The notes below the pieces were generated by a model. The model was given only the letters and a program-made list of their open reading frames with translations. It was not told where the DNA came from and did not search any database. The position numbers were made by a program, and so were the translations under genes. A DNA stretch of 20,000 nt from an uncultured virus (IMG/VR IMGVR_UViG_3300042317_001647) (taxonomy: Duplodnaviria > Heunggongvirae > Uroviricota > Caudoviricetes). Positions 1 through 9,174 of the stretch are shown here, piece by piece. Where the stretch lies: positions 53,003 through 73,002 of IMG/VR virus record IMGVR_UViG_3300042317_001647. One strand, written 5' to 3'. Numbering within the stretch: position 1 is the stretch's first letter; each line of letters opens with the position of its first letter.

Positions 1-2
1 TA

Positions 3-428
3 TACCTATGTCAATCCGAGCTCGAATATACTAGAATTATCGAATTCGTAGATGCACTTCATAATGAAAAAACATTAATTGCACAAGAGTATATTGGTGA
101 TCGCCCAGGTGAGGATTTAAGAGTGTTTGTGGTTGGTGGCAAAGTTCTGGGCGCAATGAAAAGAACCGCACCAAAAAATGACTTTAGAGCCAATATATCA
201 AATGGTGGGACTGGCGAGAAATACGAAGTTACCCCAGAAATAGAAGAGATTGCAATTGACACAGCAGATGTGCTAGGATTAGACATAGCCGGTATTGATT
301 TGCTTTTTACAAAAGAAGGATTTGTTGTGTGTGAAGCAAATTCAAACCCAGGATTTAGCGGATTTAACCAATATTGTAATGTTAATGTCGCAGACCACAT
401 TGTAAACTATATAGAAAATATGTTATGA
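3..428 (+). CDS. RimK-family ATP-grasp ligase, C-terminal part (5' truncated by window)
   Basis: Frame is open from the window edge (YLCQSE...AQEYIGDRPGEDLRVFVVGGKVLGAMKR...DFRANISNGG...GIDLL...VCEANSNPGF), matching RimK/LysX ATP-grasp motifs. Confidence 0.88.
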   Translation, partial: YLCQSELEYTRIIEFVDALHNEKTLIAQEYIGDRPGEDLRVFVVGGKVLGAMKRTAPKNDFRANISNGGTGEKYEVTPEIEEIAIDTADVLGLDIAGIDLLFTKEGFVVCEANSNPGFSGFNQYCNVNVADHIVNYIENML

Positions 429-2494
429 TTAAAAAAATATTATTAAACCCTTGGACGGCATTATTAACATTGATTGTAATATTAAGTGTTCGAATTTCTG
501 ATCCAGAATTTGTGGAAAGTGTTAGATTACGATATTTTGACACGCTTATTTCAGCAAAACCTATCACAAATAATCCAATTTATACTATTAATATCGATGA
601 AAACTCATTAGATAAGTATGGACAATGGCCATTTAAACGCGATATATATTCCCAAATAGTCGAAGATCTATATAAACATAATGCTGGATTGGTTGTTCTC
701 AATATTTTAATGCCTGAAACCGACCGCCAAGGTGGGGATAAGATATTGGCTGAAACATTAAAAAATAATCAGATTATCTTACCAAGTATACCAGCCGATT
801 TTACTAAAAATACACCAAGAATCACAGGTGCAGCTGTATTAGGACCAGATTATTTAGATAGGATAATCCAATACCCAGGTATCATTTCAAATATAGAGAT
901 TTTAAACGACAAAGCAGCAGGTGTTGGCACAGTTAATACCTTACCAGAAATAGACGGTGTTAATCGTAGAATGCCATTAGTGGTTTCAGTTAAGGATAAG
1001 TTATACCCATCGTTAGGTTTAGAAACATTGCGGGTTGCGGCTGGTGATACTACATTCCAAATCAAACTAAATGAAAATGGTGTTGAAAAACTGAGAATTC
1101 CTAAATTTGGACCGATCACTACTGATAATTTAGGCCGTATCTGGATTGATTGGAGTCAGAAGTCTATCAACAAAGGTTTAAATACTATCACAGATGATTA
1201 CGATTTTATTGGTGGGATCGTCATTGTTGGACCAACCGCAGCAGGGATTGGTAACCCAATACCAACTGCCAATGGTGCTATCTTTCCACATGAAGCACAA
1301 GCAGCAGTAATAGGAACAATGATGAATGGGGTTTTTATCCAACGCCCTGATTATGCAGATGGCGTGGAGGTATTAGTATTATTAATAACTGGTACTATAT
1401 TGTTATTCCTCACTAGATGGATTTATATTGGGCTAGCATCAATAATTGCACTGTCAGTTGGTGCCGTATTCGCCAGTCACTATGTATTTTTAACATATTT
1501 GTATCTGTTTGACATAACTGCTTTCGTAAGTGGTATAGTGTTGGTTGGTTTACATGCTTACGGTGTTAAATTCCTCAGTGAATTCTTTCAAAAGCAACAA
1601 ATTAAAAAACAATTTGGCACTTATTTAAGCCCTGCTTTAGTAGAAAAATTACAGAAAAATCCTGAATTATTAACATTAGGCGGTGAGTCACGTGAACTTT
1701 CAATTATGTTTACAGATGTACATGGATTCACATCTATTTCAGAACATTATGGTAAAAATGTACAAGGATTGACACAAATAATGAACCGTTATATGACTGC
1801 TATGACCGCAAAAATCATTGAAAACGATGGAACATTAGACAAATATATCGGCGATGCTCAAATGGCGTTTTGGAATGCCCCACTAGATGACCCCGATCAT
1901 GCAAAACATGCTGTAAAAACAGCATTACAAATGTTAATTAACTTAAAGGAGTTTAATGATGAGATCGAGAAAGAGGGGGTACCTGCATTCGGTATGGGAC
2001 TTGGTATTAACACTGATACTGTCGTTGTTGGTAATATGGGTAGCAATCAGCGCTTTGATTATACTTGCCTTGGAGATGGGGTTAACCTCGCTTCACGTCT
2101 TGAAGGCCAAAGCAAGCCATACGGCGTCAAAATCGTTCTGGGCACGAAGACAGCAGACTATATCAAAGACGAATACTTTATAATCGAACTTGATAAAATC
2201 GCGGTAAAAGGTAAGAAAGAAGGCGTACACATTTTTACTGTGTTAAGCCATTTGGATGATTTTAATCATGATGATTATTATTATCCAGCATTATCTTACC
2301 ACAACCAAATGTTAAATGCCTATCGAAGCAAACATTGGGATGTGGCTTCTGAAATGTGTAAACAATTATTATGTGAGTTTGATGGTGACATGGATCATTA
2401 TTATGAAATGATGATTGATCGTATTGCTGAATACAAAAACAGTAATTCATTACCAAAAGTTTGGGATGGCACATTTGTTGCCACTAGTAAGTAA
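425..2494 (+). CDS. CHASE2-domain membrane adenylate/guanylate cyclase (class III)
   Basis: N-terminal CHASE2 motifs (INIDENSLDKYGQWPFKR, PEIDGVNRRMPL), three TM segments, then class III cyclase motifs (MFTDVHGFT, DKYIGDA, GLGINT, GDGVNLASRLEG, VKGK). Confidence 0.95.
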   Translation: MIKKILLNPWTALLTLIVILSVRISDPEFVESVRLRYFDTLISAKPITNNPIYTINIDENSLDKYGQWPFKRDIYSQIVEDLYKHNAGLVVLNILMPETDRQGGDKILAETLKNNQIILPSIPADFTKNTPRITGAAVLGPDYLDRIIQYPGIISNIEILNDKAAGVGTVNTLPEIDGVNRRMPLVVSVKDKLYPSLGLETLRVAAGDTTFQIKLNENGVEKLRIPKFGPITTDNLGRIWIDWSQKSINKGLNTITDDYDFIGGIVIVGPTAAGIGNPIPTANGAIFPHEAQAAVIGTMMNGVFIQRPDYADGVEVLVLLITGTILLFLTRWIYIGLASIIALSVGAVFASHYVFLTYLYLFDITAFVSGIVLVGLHAYGVKFLSEFFQKQQIKKQFGTYLSPALVEKLQKNPELLTLGGESRELSIMFTDVHGFTSISEHYGKNVQGLTQIMNRYMTAMTAKIIENDGTLDKYIGDAQMAFWNAPLDDPDHAKHAVKTALQMLINLKEFNDEIEKEGVPAFGMGLGINTDTVVVGNMGSNQRFDYTCLGDGVNLASRLEGQSKPYGVKIVLGTKTADYIKDEYFIIELDKIAVKGKKEGVHIFTVLSHLDDFNHDDYYYPALSYHNQMLNAYRSKHWDVASEMCKQLLCEFDGDMDHYYEMMIDRIAEYKNSNSLPKVWDGTFVATSK

Positions 2495-2589
2495 TACTAC
2501 ACTTCTTGGAACGCTGGTAGCGAATCAGCGTTCCAAAGGTGGTAGCCACCTATCGCCTTCGTAACAGAGTCACGGTCCTACGGCAATTC

Positions 2590-3144
2590 TTACCACCACA
2601 AAAATATTCCTTGTAACATTAGTCCAAGACCACTGGCGGCCACAATAAAACTTCCAAAAAACAAATAGATGTTAGCTGATAATATACTGGTTGACAATAA
2701 TACAATGGCTAATTGATATGCTGAACTCGCATAAGAAATCCAAGGTGTTTTTGTTTTAGCAACATCACGTGCTTCTTCCAAAGCTTTGGCATCTTCTAAT
2801 AACTCCTGTTTTCCTTCACGTGTGGTTGGATCACTTTCATAACTGGCAGCCTTATCTAAAAACTTTTTAGAAAGTTCAGGCGTGTCAGCATCTGATGCTG
2901 CTAATTCATACATGGTTTGTTTCATACTTTTTGCTTGATAAAAGTTCCATAAATCATTAGCTTTAATAGTGTTATTCATTATAGTACTGTTCAATGTTCC
3001 GCTGATATATGTATTAGCAGCTAATAATGCAGCAAAAATATTAATTACTAGTCCAGCTCTACTTTTGATTTTATCCCCAGCAGAGGATATTTGCTTTTCT
3101 TCAGCTTTCCTCGCTGCTTTTAATCCTAAATCTTCAATTCCCAT
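2590..3144 (-). CDS. DUF4337-like membrane protein
   Basis: TM helix, ANDLWNFYQAKSMKQ motif, C-terminal QLAIVLLS TM pair. Confidence 0.75.
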   Translation of the reverse strand: MGIEDLGLKAARKAEEKQISSAGDKIKSRAGLVINIFAALLAANTYISGTLNSTIMNNTIKANDLWNFYQAKSMKQTMYELAASDADTPELSKKFLDKAASYESDPTTREGKQELLEDAKALEEARDVAKTKTPWISYASSAYQLAIVLLSTSILSANIYLFFGSFIVAASGLGLMLQGIFLWW

Positions 3145-3153
3145 TTTGTTTCC

Positions 3154-3444
3154 TTAACAATTCCATCGTTTACGAGCTTTACATATTGGCTTATCCGGTG
3201 TGCTTGAACAATCTATGTTATGCATCTTTTTTTGTCCATTTGATCTTGCACAAAAACTTTTTCTTCGATTGGCATCTTTACTTCCTTTCTTAATCTCACT
3301 AGGTTTAGTAGTAACTGCTGTTTTTAATTTAGAACCAGGATTTTCCCGTTTATAAGAATTAACTGCTTTTTGACTCATACCATCCGTATTGTCTTTTTTA
3401 TTTACTTTTTGCCAATCTTCATTTATAAATTCACTTACTCTCAT
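3154..3444 (-). CDS. Basic phage protein with RRKSFCAR...RWNC motif (DUF6321-like); start reassigned to MRVSEFINE
   Basis: ORF track; the MRVSEFINE start is typical of these phage genes and removes the overlap with the upstream HNH gene. Confidence 0.7.
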   Translation of the reverse strand: MRVSEFINEDWQKVNKKDNTDGMSQKAVNSYKRENPGSKLKTAVTTKPSEIKKGSKDANRRKSFCARSNGQKKMHNIDCSSTPDKPICKARKRWNC

Positions 3445-3458
3445 TACTGTCCCTAATA

Positions 3459-4418
3459 TCAAGGTCTTCGTACAATATTTATCCATTTTGTACGAAGATT
3501 AGTTGCTCTGTTTTTTGCCAATAATGATTTCATTTTAGAAATATAAGAATTAAATTCTTCATCATTCATTGAAGCATATTTTCTTCCCATTATTTCTTGT
3601 TGGTTGGTTTTCTTTCCTTTTTTGGCTATACTTATTTTAGCACCAAAATCTTCAGCCTTTTTAATACCTTTACTTTTTTCACTCATCTTCTTTCTTGTTT
3701 CATCAGATATTACTCTTCCTTTACCGGCTTCTCCAATTTTTCGTTTGGTGAGTTCAGAGTGCTTATACGTTTTTCCTATATACCATCCTTCACCCGGGCA
3801 GTCGTTTGAAAATGTATCTTCTATACCGTTCGTCCAACATTTTCTCCCTTTTACATTAGTATTACCAAGTTGTGCCAATCTTGATTTTTCAATAGAAATC
3901 GGGCATTTCTTTCTTCCAGTATTATATTTTATTACTGCTTCTATTGCAGCTGCAGATGGTTTTCGCCCTTTATTAGAAGCTGATATTTTATCTTTTGTTT
4001 CCTGAGAACATTTTTTACCCAATTTTAATTCTGACATATATTCAGACCAATTTATTTTTGCTTGTTCAAATTCTTCACCAGACTGTATTTTTCTATGCAT
4101 GTCTAGAGTTCTTGCAGATGTCATATACCATAATGCACAAACCATTTTTGATCTATTTTTACCATCTGTCATTTCTAGTAATAATTTATGACAATTATAA
4201 TGTTCTTCTGCTGTCAATAAAACTTTGTTCCATAATGATTTTTTATATTCTGGAAATATTGATTTTGGTAGTACGTGATGCTCTTCGTAATATTGATACA
4301 GAGGGTTTGTCTTTCTATATTTTTTACGAGGTTGTTGAATTGCATATTCTATTATAGTATAATAGTGTTGTGTTGCTAAATTAGCAGCAAACACACCTTG
4401 ATGTTGATAAATATTCAT
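3459..4418 (-). CDS. HNH homing endonuclease with NUMOD3 DNA-binding repeats
   Basis: EEHHVLPKS...LTAEEHYNCHKLL HNH core; repeated SQETKDKIS / HSELTKRKIG / SDETRKKMSE NUMOD3-like motifs; GGAG RBS upstream. Confidence 0.9.
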   Translation of the reverse strand: MNIYQHQGVFAANLATQHYYTIIEYAIQQPRKKYRKTNPLYQYYEEHHVLPKSIFPEYKKSLWNKVLLTAEEHYNCHKLLLEMTDGKNRSKMVCALWYMTSARTLDMHRKIQSGEEFEQAKINWSEYMSELKLGKKCSQETKDKISASNKGRKPSAAAIEAVIKYNTGRKKCPISIEKSRLAQLGNTNVKGRKCWTNGIEDTFSNDCPGEGWYIGKTYKHSELTKRKIGEAGKGRVISDETRKKMSEKSKGIKKAEDFGAKISIAKKGKKTNQQEIMGRKYASMNDEEFNSYISKMKSLLAKNRATNLRTKWINIVRRP

Positions 4419-4486
4419 GTTGATACTCCTGTAAAGTATTAAAGTAGTTGGGAATCCCCATTCCGCGAACTACATTCTTATTTATC
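4419..4486 (-). promoter_or_regulatory. Late-type box plus two hairpins in the HNH leader, the second covering the RBS
   Basis: Minus strand reads GATAAATA..GTAGTT-CGC-GGAAT-GGGG-ATTCC-C-AACTAC..TTAATACT-TTACAGG-AGTATCAA-C-ATG. Confidence 0.6.
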
Positions 4487-4735
4487 ATTTTTTTGTTCAC
4501 TTTCTCGCATTTGAAGAACTGTATTCAATTTTGCAGTAATTCGAAGGCAATCCGCATCAACTAGACGAATTTTATCAATTAGTGAAATTAATTCTTTATT
4601 TGCATCTACCAGTACCGGATTAATCTCATTTATTGTAAAATCCCAAACATATTTCACCATTTTCAACATATATCCTGCGGCAATTATTGGAAATCCATAA
4701 CGATTTATAATATCTGCTATTTGTGTTATATCCAT
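4478..4735 (-). CDS. Small single-TM coiled-coil protein (paralog 3)
   Basis: GFPIIAA TM motif followed by a heptad region; abuts the neighbouring ORF. Confidence 0.75.
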   Translation of the reverse strand: MDITQIADIINRYGFPIIAAGYMLKMVKYVWDFTINEINPVLVDANKELISLIDKIRLVDADCLRITAKLNTVLQMRESEQKNDK

Positions 4736-5017
4736 TTAATCTCTCCTACAATCATCTCTAACTGATCTCGCAATTCTGTCCAAATCAGGGCGTAATCCCA
4801 GTTTTGCAGAAACTGTAACATCGATTTTTACCAATTCATTAGATGTTATTCTAACTCTGTTCTCTAATGCAGTAACTATACTAGCAAATGTCCTAACAGA
4901 TGTAATTACATCACCAAGTACAAATTTTAATGCGGTGAATATAAATGCACCTAACACACAACTACCAAGAATTGGGGTTATTGTATCAGAAAAAAATTTT
5001 ATATATTCTGGGCTCAT
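4736..5017 (-). CDS. Small single-TM coiled-coil protein (paralog 2)
   Basis: TM segment then ALENRVRITSNELVKID, similar to SMDGRVKQMNVDIIEID in 5014..5463. Confidence 0.75.
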   Translation of the reverse strand: MSPEYIKFFSDTITPILGSCVLGAFIFTALKFVLGDVITSVRTFASIVTALENRVRITSNELVKIDVTVSAKLGLRPDLDRIARSVRDDCRRD

Positions 5018-5463
5018 TTTGTAATTCCTTCTACTTTTTCCATAATTGAATCAACGTTTTTATCGATTGCATTATCAACCGCATTCTTAAGTTTCTCACG
5101 AATTGATTTTTTAGGAATCTCAGGAGCTGGGTTAGTTTGTATTGGTTGTTTCACATCATGACTATTCATTACCGCTGCTACTTCATGATGTATTTTTTCT
5201 GGCAATGATTGAACATTTAATGCTTGTGAAATCAATTTATCAATCTCAATAATATCAACATTCATCTGTTTCACTCGTCCATCCATTGATTTAATTAAAA
5301 ATGTCATCTTCTTAATGGATTTGACCACTGAACCCAACACCAGCTGAATTGCTTGCATAACAAACCAGCCACACACGACTGCAAGGGCTATTGGGAATCC
5401 TGCTTGTTGTACCAGACTAAAAAAATCAAAATTAGGGATACCTATGTCCACATACTTCTCCAT
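5014..5463 (-). CDS. Single-TM coiled-coil protein (paralog 1)
   Basis: GFPIALA TM motif; AATAAATA late-type box just upstream on the minus strand. Confidence 0.75.
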   Translation of the reverse strand: MEKYVDIGIPNFDFFSLVQQAGFPIALAVVCGWFVMQAIQLVLGSVVKSIKKMTFLIKSMDGRVKQMNVDIIEIDKLISQALNVQSLPEKIHHEVAAVMNSHDVKQPIQTNPAPEIPKKSIREKLKNAVDNAIDKNVDSIMEKVEGITK

Positions 5464-5489
5464 TAATAGTAGTATTTATTAAAAAATGC

Positions 5490-5517
5490 TTGACATCACG
5501 TTTGGCTGATGTATAAT
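5490..5517 (+). promoter_or_regulatory. sigma70-type promoter with internal inverted repeat
   Basis: TTGACA-N16-TATAAT; ACATCA/TGATGT inverted repeat overlapping both hexamers. Confidence 0.7.
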
Positions 5518-5548
5518 AAGCTCATCTTAAACAACAGAGGTACCGAAA

Positions 5549-5620
5549 ATGGCTAGAAGTAGAAATAACAAAGTAACCGGTCAACCAAGAACAAAAGCAC
5601 GTGTAAAACGTAACAAATAA
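5549..5620 (+). CDS. 23-aa highly basic peptide MARSRNNKVTGQPRTKARVKRNK
   Basis: Own promoter upstream, GAGG RBS at 5537-5540, ATG...TAA; below the ORF-track size cutoff. Confidence 0.55.
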   Translation: MARSRNNKVTGQPRTKARVKRNK

Positions 5621-5623
5621 TTC

Positions 5624-5651
5624 TTGACAAATATAAATATAATGCTATAAT
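5624..5651 (+). promoter_or_regulatory. sigma70 promoter (extended -10) with nested TATAAATA box, upstream of tmRNA
   Basis: TTGACA-N16-TATAAT with TG-n before the -10; TATAAATA at 5632-5639. Confidence 0.75.
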
Positions 5652-5657
5652 AAGCAA

Positions 5658-5897
5658 ATAGTCTAACTTAAATCTGGTACATAGTATAAATGATCAGGAG
5701 TGGTACGCCATTATTGAACCATAGTTAGATATTTAATTTATCTATGCTAACATATAGAAGTCATAGAGTTCTATTTAGTAGCTCTACCTTAACAGGCTGA
5801 AGTCGCAAGGGTGTGCGGTATAGATATACAGAATTGTTGTAATTCCTTCAACGAGGAAGCGTTCAAGACGCGGGTTCGAAACCCGCCAGCTCCACCA
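5658..5897 (+). ncRNA. ssrA: tmRNA acceptor piece (permuted gene); 5' boundary uncertain
   Basis: Ends GAC-GCGGG-TTCGAAA-CCCGC-CAGCTCC-A-CCA, the canonical tmRNA 3' end; CGTTCAA, CCTTC and TTGTTG pair with the coding piece. Confidence 0.9.
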
Positions 5898-5980
5898 TAA
5901 GAACATAGGTTGGTATCAGAGTGGGGCCATAGCCATAAACTCCCTGCCCCTTAAAAGGGGAGTATCTATGTTTTTATGAT

Positions 5981-6197
5981 GGGGCTGTATTGGATTCGAT
6001 TGGGCGAAGAGTTAGAGAAGGCAACAGGAGAGATGACTGACCTAATCAGCATAAACATAGTAATCGCAAACGATTCTAAATTTGAATTCTACACTGTAGA
6101 TGGCATCTTTGATGCTATCGCTGCTTAATAACCAGCGAATTCTGGGGTAGGAAATACCTTATAACCAAAAATACCTAGTAGGGAGAAATCCCTACTA
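5981..6197 (+). ncRNA. ssrA: tmRNA coding piece, tag (A)ANDSKFEFYTVDGIFDAIAA
   Basis: Starts GGGGCTG..GGATTCGA; pairs with CAGCTCC giving G3.U70; resume codon GCA at 6066, TAA TAA at 6126-6131; tag ends in AA. Confidence 0.92.
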
Positions 6198-6204
6198 TCT
6201 TTTT
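6176..6204 (+). terminator. Intrinsic terminator after tmRNA
   Basis: TAGTAGGGA-GAAA-TCCCTACTA followed by TCTTTTT. Confidence 0.8.
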
Positions 6205-6229
6205 ACACATTCACATTCAAAAGGGTATT

Positions 6230-7369
6230 ATGAAGTCTTTTAAACCTGTTCAAGTGTCATCATCTGGTACTGAAGTTTCAGTTAAACAGTCATTTACACC
6301 AGTTTCACCTAAACAATTGTCAGATTTAGGCGCATCCAATCCTCGTGTACTCCAATTACTTTCAACATTTGATTCACCAACCGGGATTATCGATTACGGG
6401 GCGGATGTTATGTCAGATATTGCCAAAAAATCAGAAGCTTTATTAAATGAAGTCAAAGATGCTGACGTTGACTTCGTTGAACAACAGTTAACTAGTATTC
6501 TAACAATGGCGAAGACATTTCACCTGAATACGAACAATAATTCAGATTCAAATATCTCAAAACTCTTTGGAAAGATCAAAGAAAAGTTTATTAATGTCCG
6601 TGAACAACTTTCAGCAGAATTCACTGATGTGTCCACACAAATGGACAAAATTATTGACGAAATTGATCAAGCCAATCACAGAATTATTGCCAAATTAAAC
6701 GGTCTGCAAGTGCAATACCGTGAAAATTTGAATGAATATCACAGATTAGAAAATTTGATCAAAGATGCAGAAGAAGCATACCAAATAATGGCAAAAGAAA
6801 TTGAAAAAATGCGGGTTAACGCATCAGATCTCCTTGCCGCCGAAGAAGTTAATAGAAGTACAAAAAATTTAGATCGATTGGAGAAGAAAATCGATTATTT
6901 GAAGAAATTTCAAATGATGGCTATTCAAAATGCACCTTCAATTAGTCAAATGGAAGATAGTGCTGCAACATTACTCCAAAAATTCCATGATATCAAAACT
7001 ATGACTATTCCATTATGGAAAAGACAAATCAGAATGTATATAGATGGTCAAGAATTAAGAAAAAGTGCAGCATTAGCAGCAGCAGTAGATGATGCAAACA
7101 ATACTCTAATTAAAACCAATTCAAACATCATTAGTGCTAATTCAATTGAATCAGCAAAATTAAACCAACGTTCATTGATAGATGATGCTACAATAGAACA
7201 TGTACATCAAAACCTAATCAGTACATTAGGAGAAATTGTGCAAATAAACAATACTGGTAAAGAAACTAGAATTAAAAGTGCATCGAGAATGGATGAAATG
7301 AAGCGCATGTATGCTTCCATTTCATCTAATGCTGGACGGACCACTATTGCAGGACCAAAAACCCATTAA
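6230..7369 (+). CDS. Toxic anion resistance protein (TelA/KlaB family)
   Basis: Coiled-coil protein with IDYGA, QNAPSI, TIPLWK and NQRSLID motifs typical of TelA. Confidence 0.85.
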   Translation: MKSFKPVQVSSSGTEVSVKQSFTPVSPKQLSDLGASNPRVLQLLSTFDSPTGIIDYGADVMSDIAKKSEALLNEVKDADVDFVEQQLTSILTMAKTFHLNTNNNSDSNISKLFGKIKEKFINVREQLSAEFTDVSTQMDKIIDEIDQANHRIIAKLNGLQVQYRENLNEYHRLENLIKDAEEAYQIMAKEIEKMRVNASDLLAAEEVNRSTKNLDRLEKKIDYLKKFQMMAIQNAPSISQMEDSAATLLQKFHDIKTMTIPLWKRQIRMYIDGQELRKSAALAAAVDDANNTLIKTNSNIISANSIESAKLNQRSLIDDATIEHVHQNLISTLGEIVQINNTGKETRIKSASRMDEMKRMYASISSNAGRTTIAGPKTH

Positions 7370-7399
7370 TTTTTTAACAATCAACCGAGATAAGTAAAA

Positions 7400-8080
7400 A
7401 TGGCTATTGATTTAACTAAAAGAGCAGAAAAAGTAGGTATCATCCTAACTAAAAAACAAATCCGTGACATTCCATGCCAAGTAAAACTGGCAATTGATCG
7501 CAGTGGGTCCATGAATACCCTATATCGCAACAAAGTCGTTCAAGATGTGGTAGAACGAGTGCTAGCAATTGGTATGAACATCGATAAAGATAAAATTATT
7601 GACATTTGGGCATTTCATAATGATTCATTTGAGCTGCCATCAGTCAATATTAGCAACATCGAAGACTTTGTTGACCGTGAAATCGTCAAAAAAATTAGTG
7701 AAGGTGGTACAGAGTATGCACCAGTCATGAAAGACATCGTTAATAGTGCCGCACCAGTACAAACTGGCCTATTTGGGAAGTTGTTTGGGAAGAAATCTAA
7801 TTCAACTGACCCATCATTAGCTATTTTCATCACCGATGGCGAGAATTTCGATCAACAAGCAACTGAAAAGGTTATCATAGAATCACAATCTAAAGATTTA
7901 TATTGGGTTTTGATCGGTATTGGTGGTGGGAACTTCTCATTTATCGAATATTTGGGCGAAAAATACCCAAATGCCGGTTATTTGAAGATAGATGATATCG
8001 AAAGTATCAGTGATGAAGACTTATATGAAGACATTATCAGCCAAGAATTTGCTGATTGGGTCGGAAAGTTTAAAAAATAA
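7400..8080 (+). CDS. vWA-domain protein of ter clusters
   Basis: MIDAS motif DRSGSM, GGTEYAP, FITDGE, WVLIGIG. Confidence 0.88.
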   Translation: MAIDLTKRAEKVGIILTKKQIRDIPCQVKLAIDRSGSMNTLYRNKVVQDVVERVLAIGMNIDKDKIIDIWAFHNDSFELPSVNISNIEDFVDREIVKKISEGGTEYAPVMKDIVNSAAPVQTGLFGKLFGKKSNSTDPSLAIFITDGENFDQQATEKVIIESQSKDLYWVLIGIGGGNFSFIEYLGEKYPNAGYLKIDDIESISDEDLYEDIISQEFADWVGKFKK

Positions 8081-8108
8081 TTGACATACCTGAATTTACA
8101 GGTAGAAT
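8081..8108 (+). promoter_or_regulatory. sigma70-type promoter with palindromic site
   Basis: TTGACA-N16-TAGAAT; TACCTG-N6-CAGGTA palindrome in the spacer. Confidence 0.6.
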
Positions 8109-8143
8109 GAAGATTCTTTCAACAAACACACAGGTAATAATCA

Positions 8144-9151
8144 ATGTTACAATATTTTAAAGGTTCTTTTTTGATTGCTGGTATCGGTATCGTACTAGCA
8201 TATTTGATCGGTGGGCTCGAAGCAGCCTGGATCACGTTAGTTTTATCAATTCTTGAAGTTAGTTTGAGTTTTGATAATGCCGTCGTGAATGCACAAGTTC
8301 TAAAAGGAATGGATGATATATGGCGTCATCGTTTCATTACCTGGGGTATGGCTATTGCTGTATTTGGTATGAGAATGGTGTTTCCATTAGCAATTGTGTC
8401 AGTTGCATTGGGAATTAACCCATATTCATCATTCATGTTAGCAGTTAATGACCCAGAACAGTATTCTCATGCGCTAGAATCAGTCCATACCTCAGTCATG
8501 GGTTTCGGTGGCACATTCCTAATGATGGTTGCATTAAAGTTTTTCATCGATCATGACAAAGATACGCATTGGCTTAAACCAATTGAAGAAAGATTCACTA
8601 AATTAGGCAAAATTGAAGCAATACAATCTGCAATTACATTAGTATTGGTATATATTGTTTACAAAATCATCGGATCCACACATAATGAAACAGAAGCATC
8701 AGCATTCTTGGTCGCAAGTGTATTCGGATTAGTAACGTACATTCTTGTCGATGGTTTAGAAGCAGTAATCGGGACTGATGATGGCACGGTTACAGGTGCA
8801 GTAGCCAAATCCGGGTTAGCATCGTTTCTTTACTTGGAAGTATTAGATGCAAGCTTCAGTTTCGACGGAGTATTAGGTGCATTAGCATTGACAAACAATA
8901 TTTTCATCATCATGATTGGCCTTGGTATCGGTGCGTTATTCGTAAGAAGCTTAACATTACTAATGGTAGATAAGGGCACTGTTGATGAATTCATTTACCT
9001 AGAGCATGGTGCATTCTATGCAATATTTGGATTGGCTATCATCATGTTCGTAAATACTGTATACGAAATTCCAGAAAGCATTACAGGGTTGATTGGTGCT
9101 GCATTCATTGGTGCATCATTGATCTCTTCAATCAAACACAAATCAATTTAA
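8144..9151 (+). CDS. DUF475 / TerC-like integral membrane protein
   Basis: LEVSLSFDNAVVNA, LEVLDASFSFDGV and YLEHGAFYAI motifs; many TM helices. Confidence 0.92.
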   Translation: MLQYFKGSFLIAGIGIVLAYLIGGLEAAWITLVLSILEVSLSFDNAVVNAQVLKGMDDIWRHRFITWGMAIAVFGMRMVFPLAIVSVALGINPYSSFMLAVNDPEQYSHALESVHTSVMGFGGTFLMMVALKFFIDHDKDTHWLKPIEERFTKLGKIEAIQSAITLVLVYIVYKIIGSTHNETEASAFLVASVFGLVTYILVDGLEAVIGTDDGTVTGAVAKSGLASFLYLEVLDASFSFDGVLGALALTNNIFIIMIGLGIGALFVRSLTLLMVDKGTVDEFIYLEHGAFYAIFGLAIIMFVNTVYEIPESITGLIGAAFIGASLISSIKHKSI

Positions 9152-9174
9152 TTAAACTACCAAGAGGTAATAAC

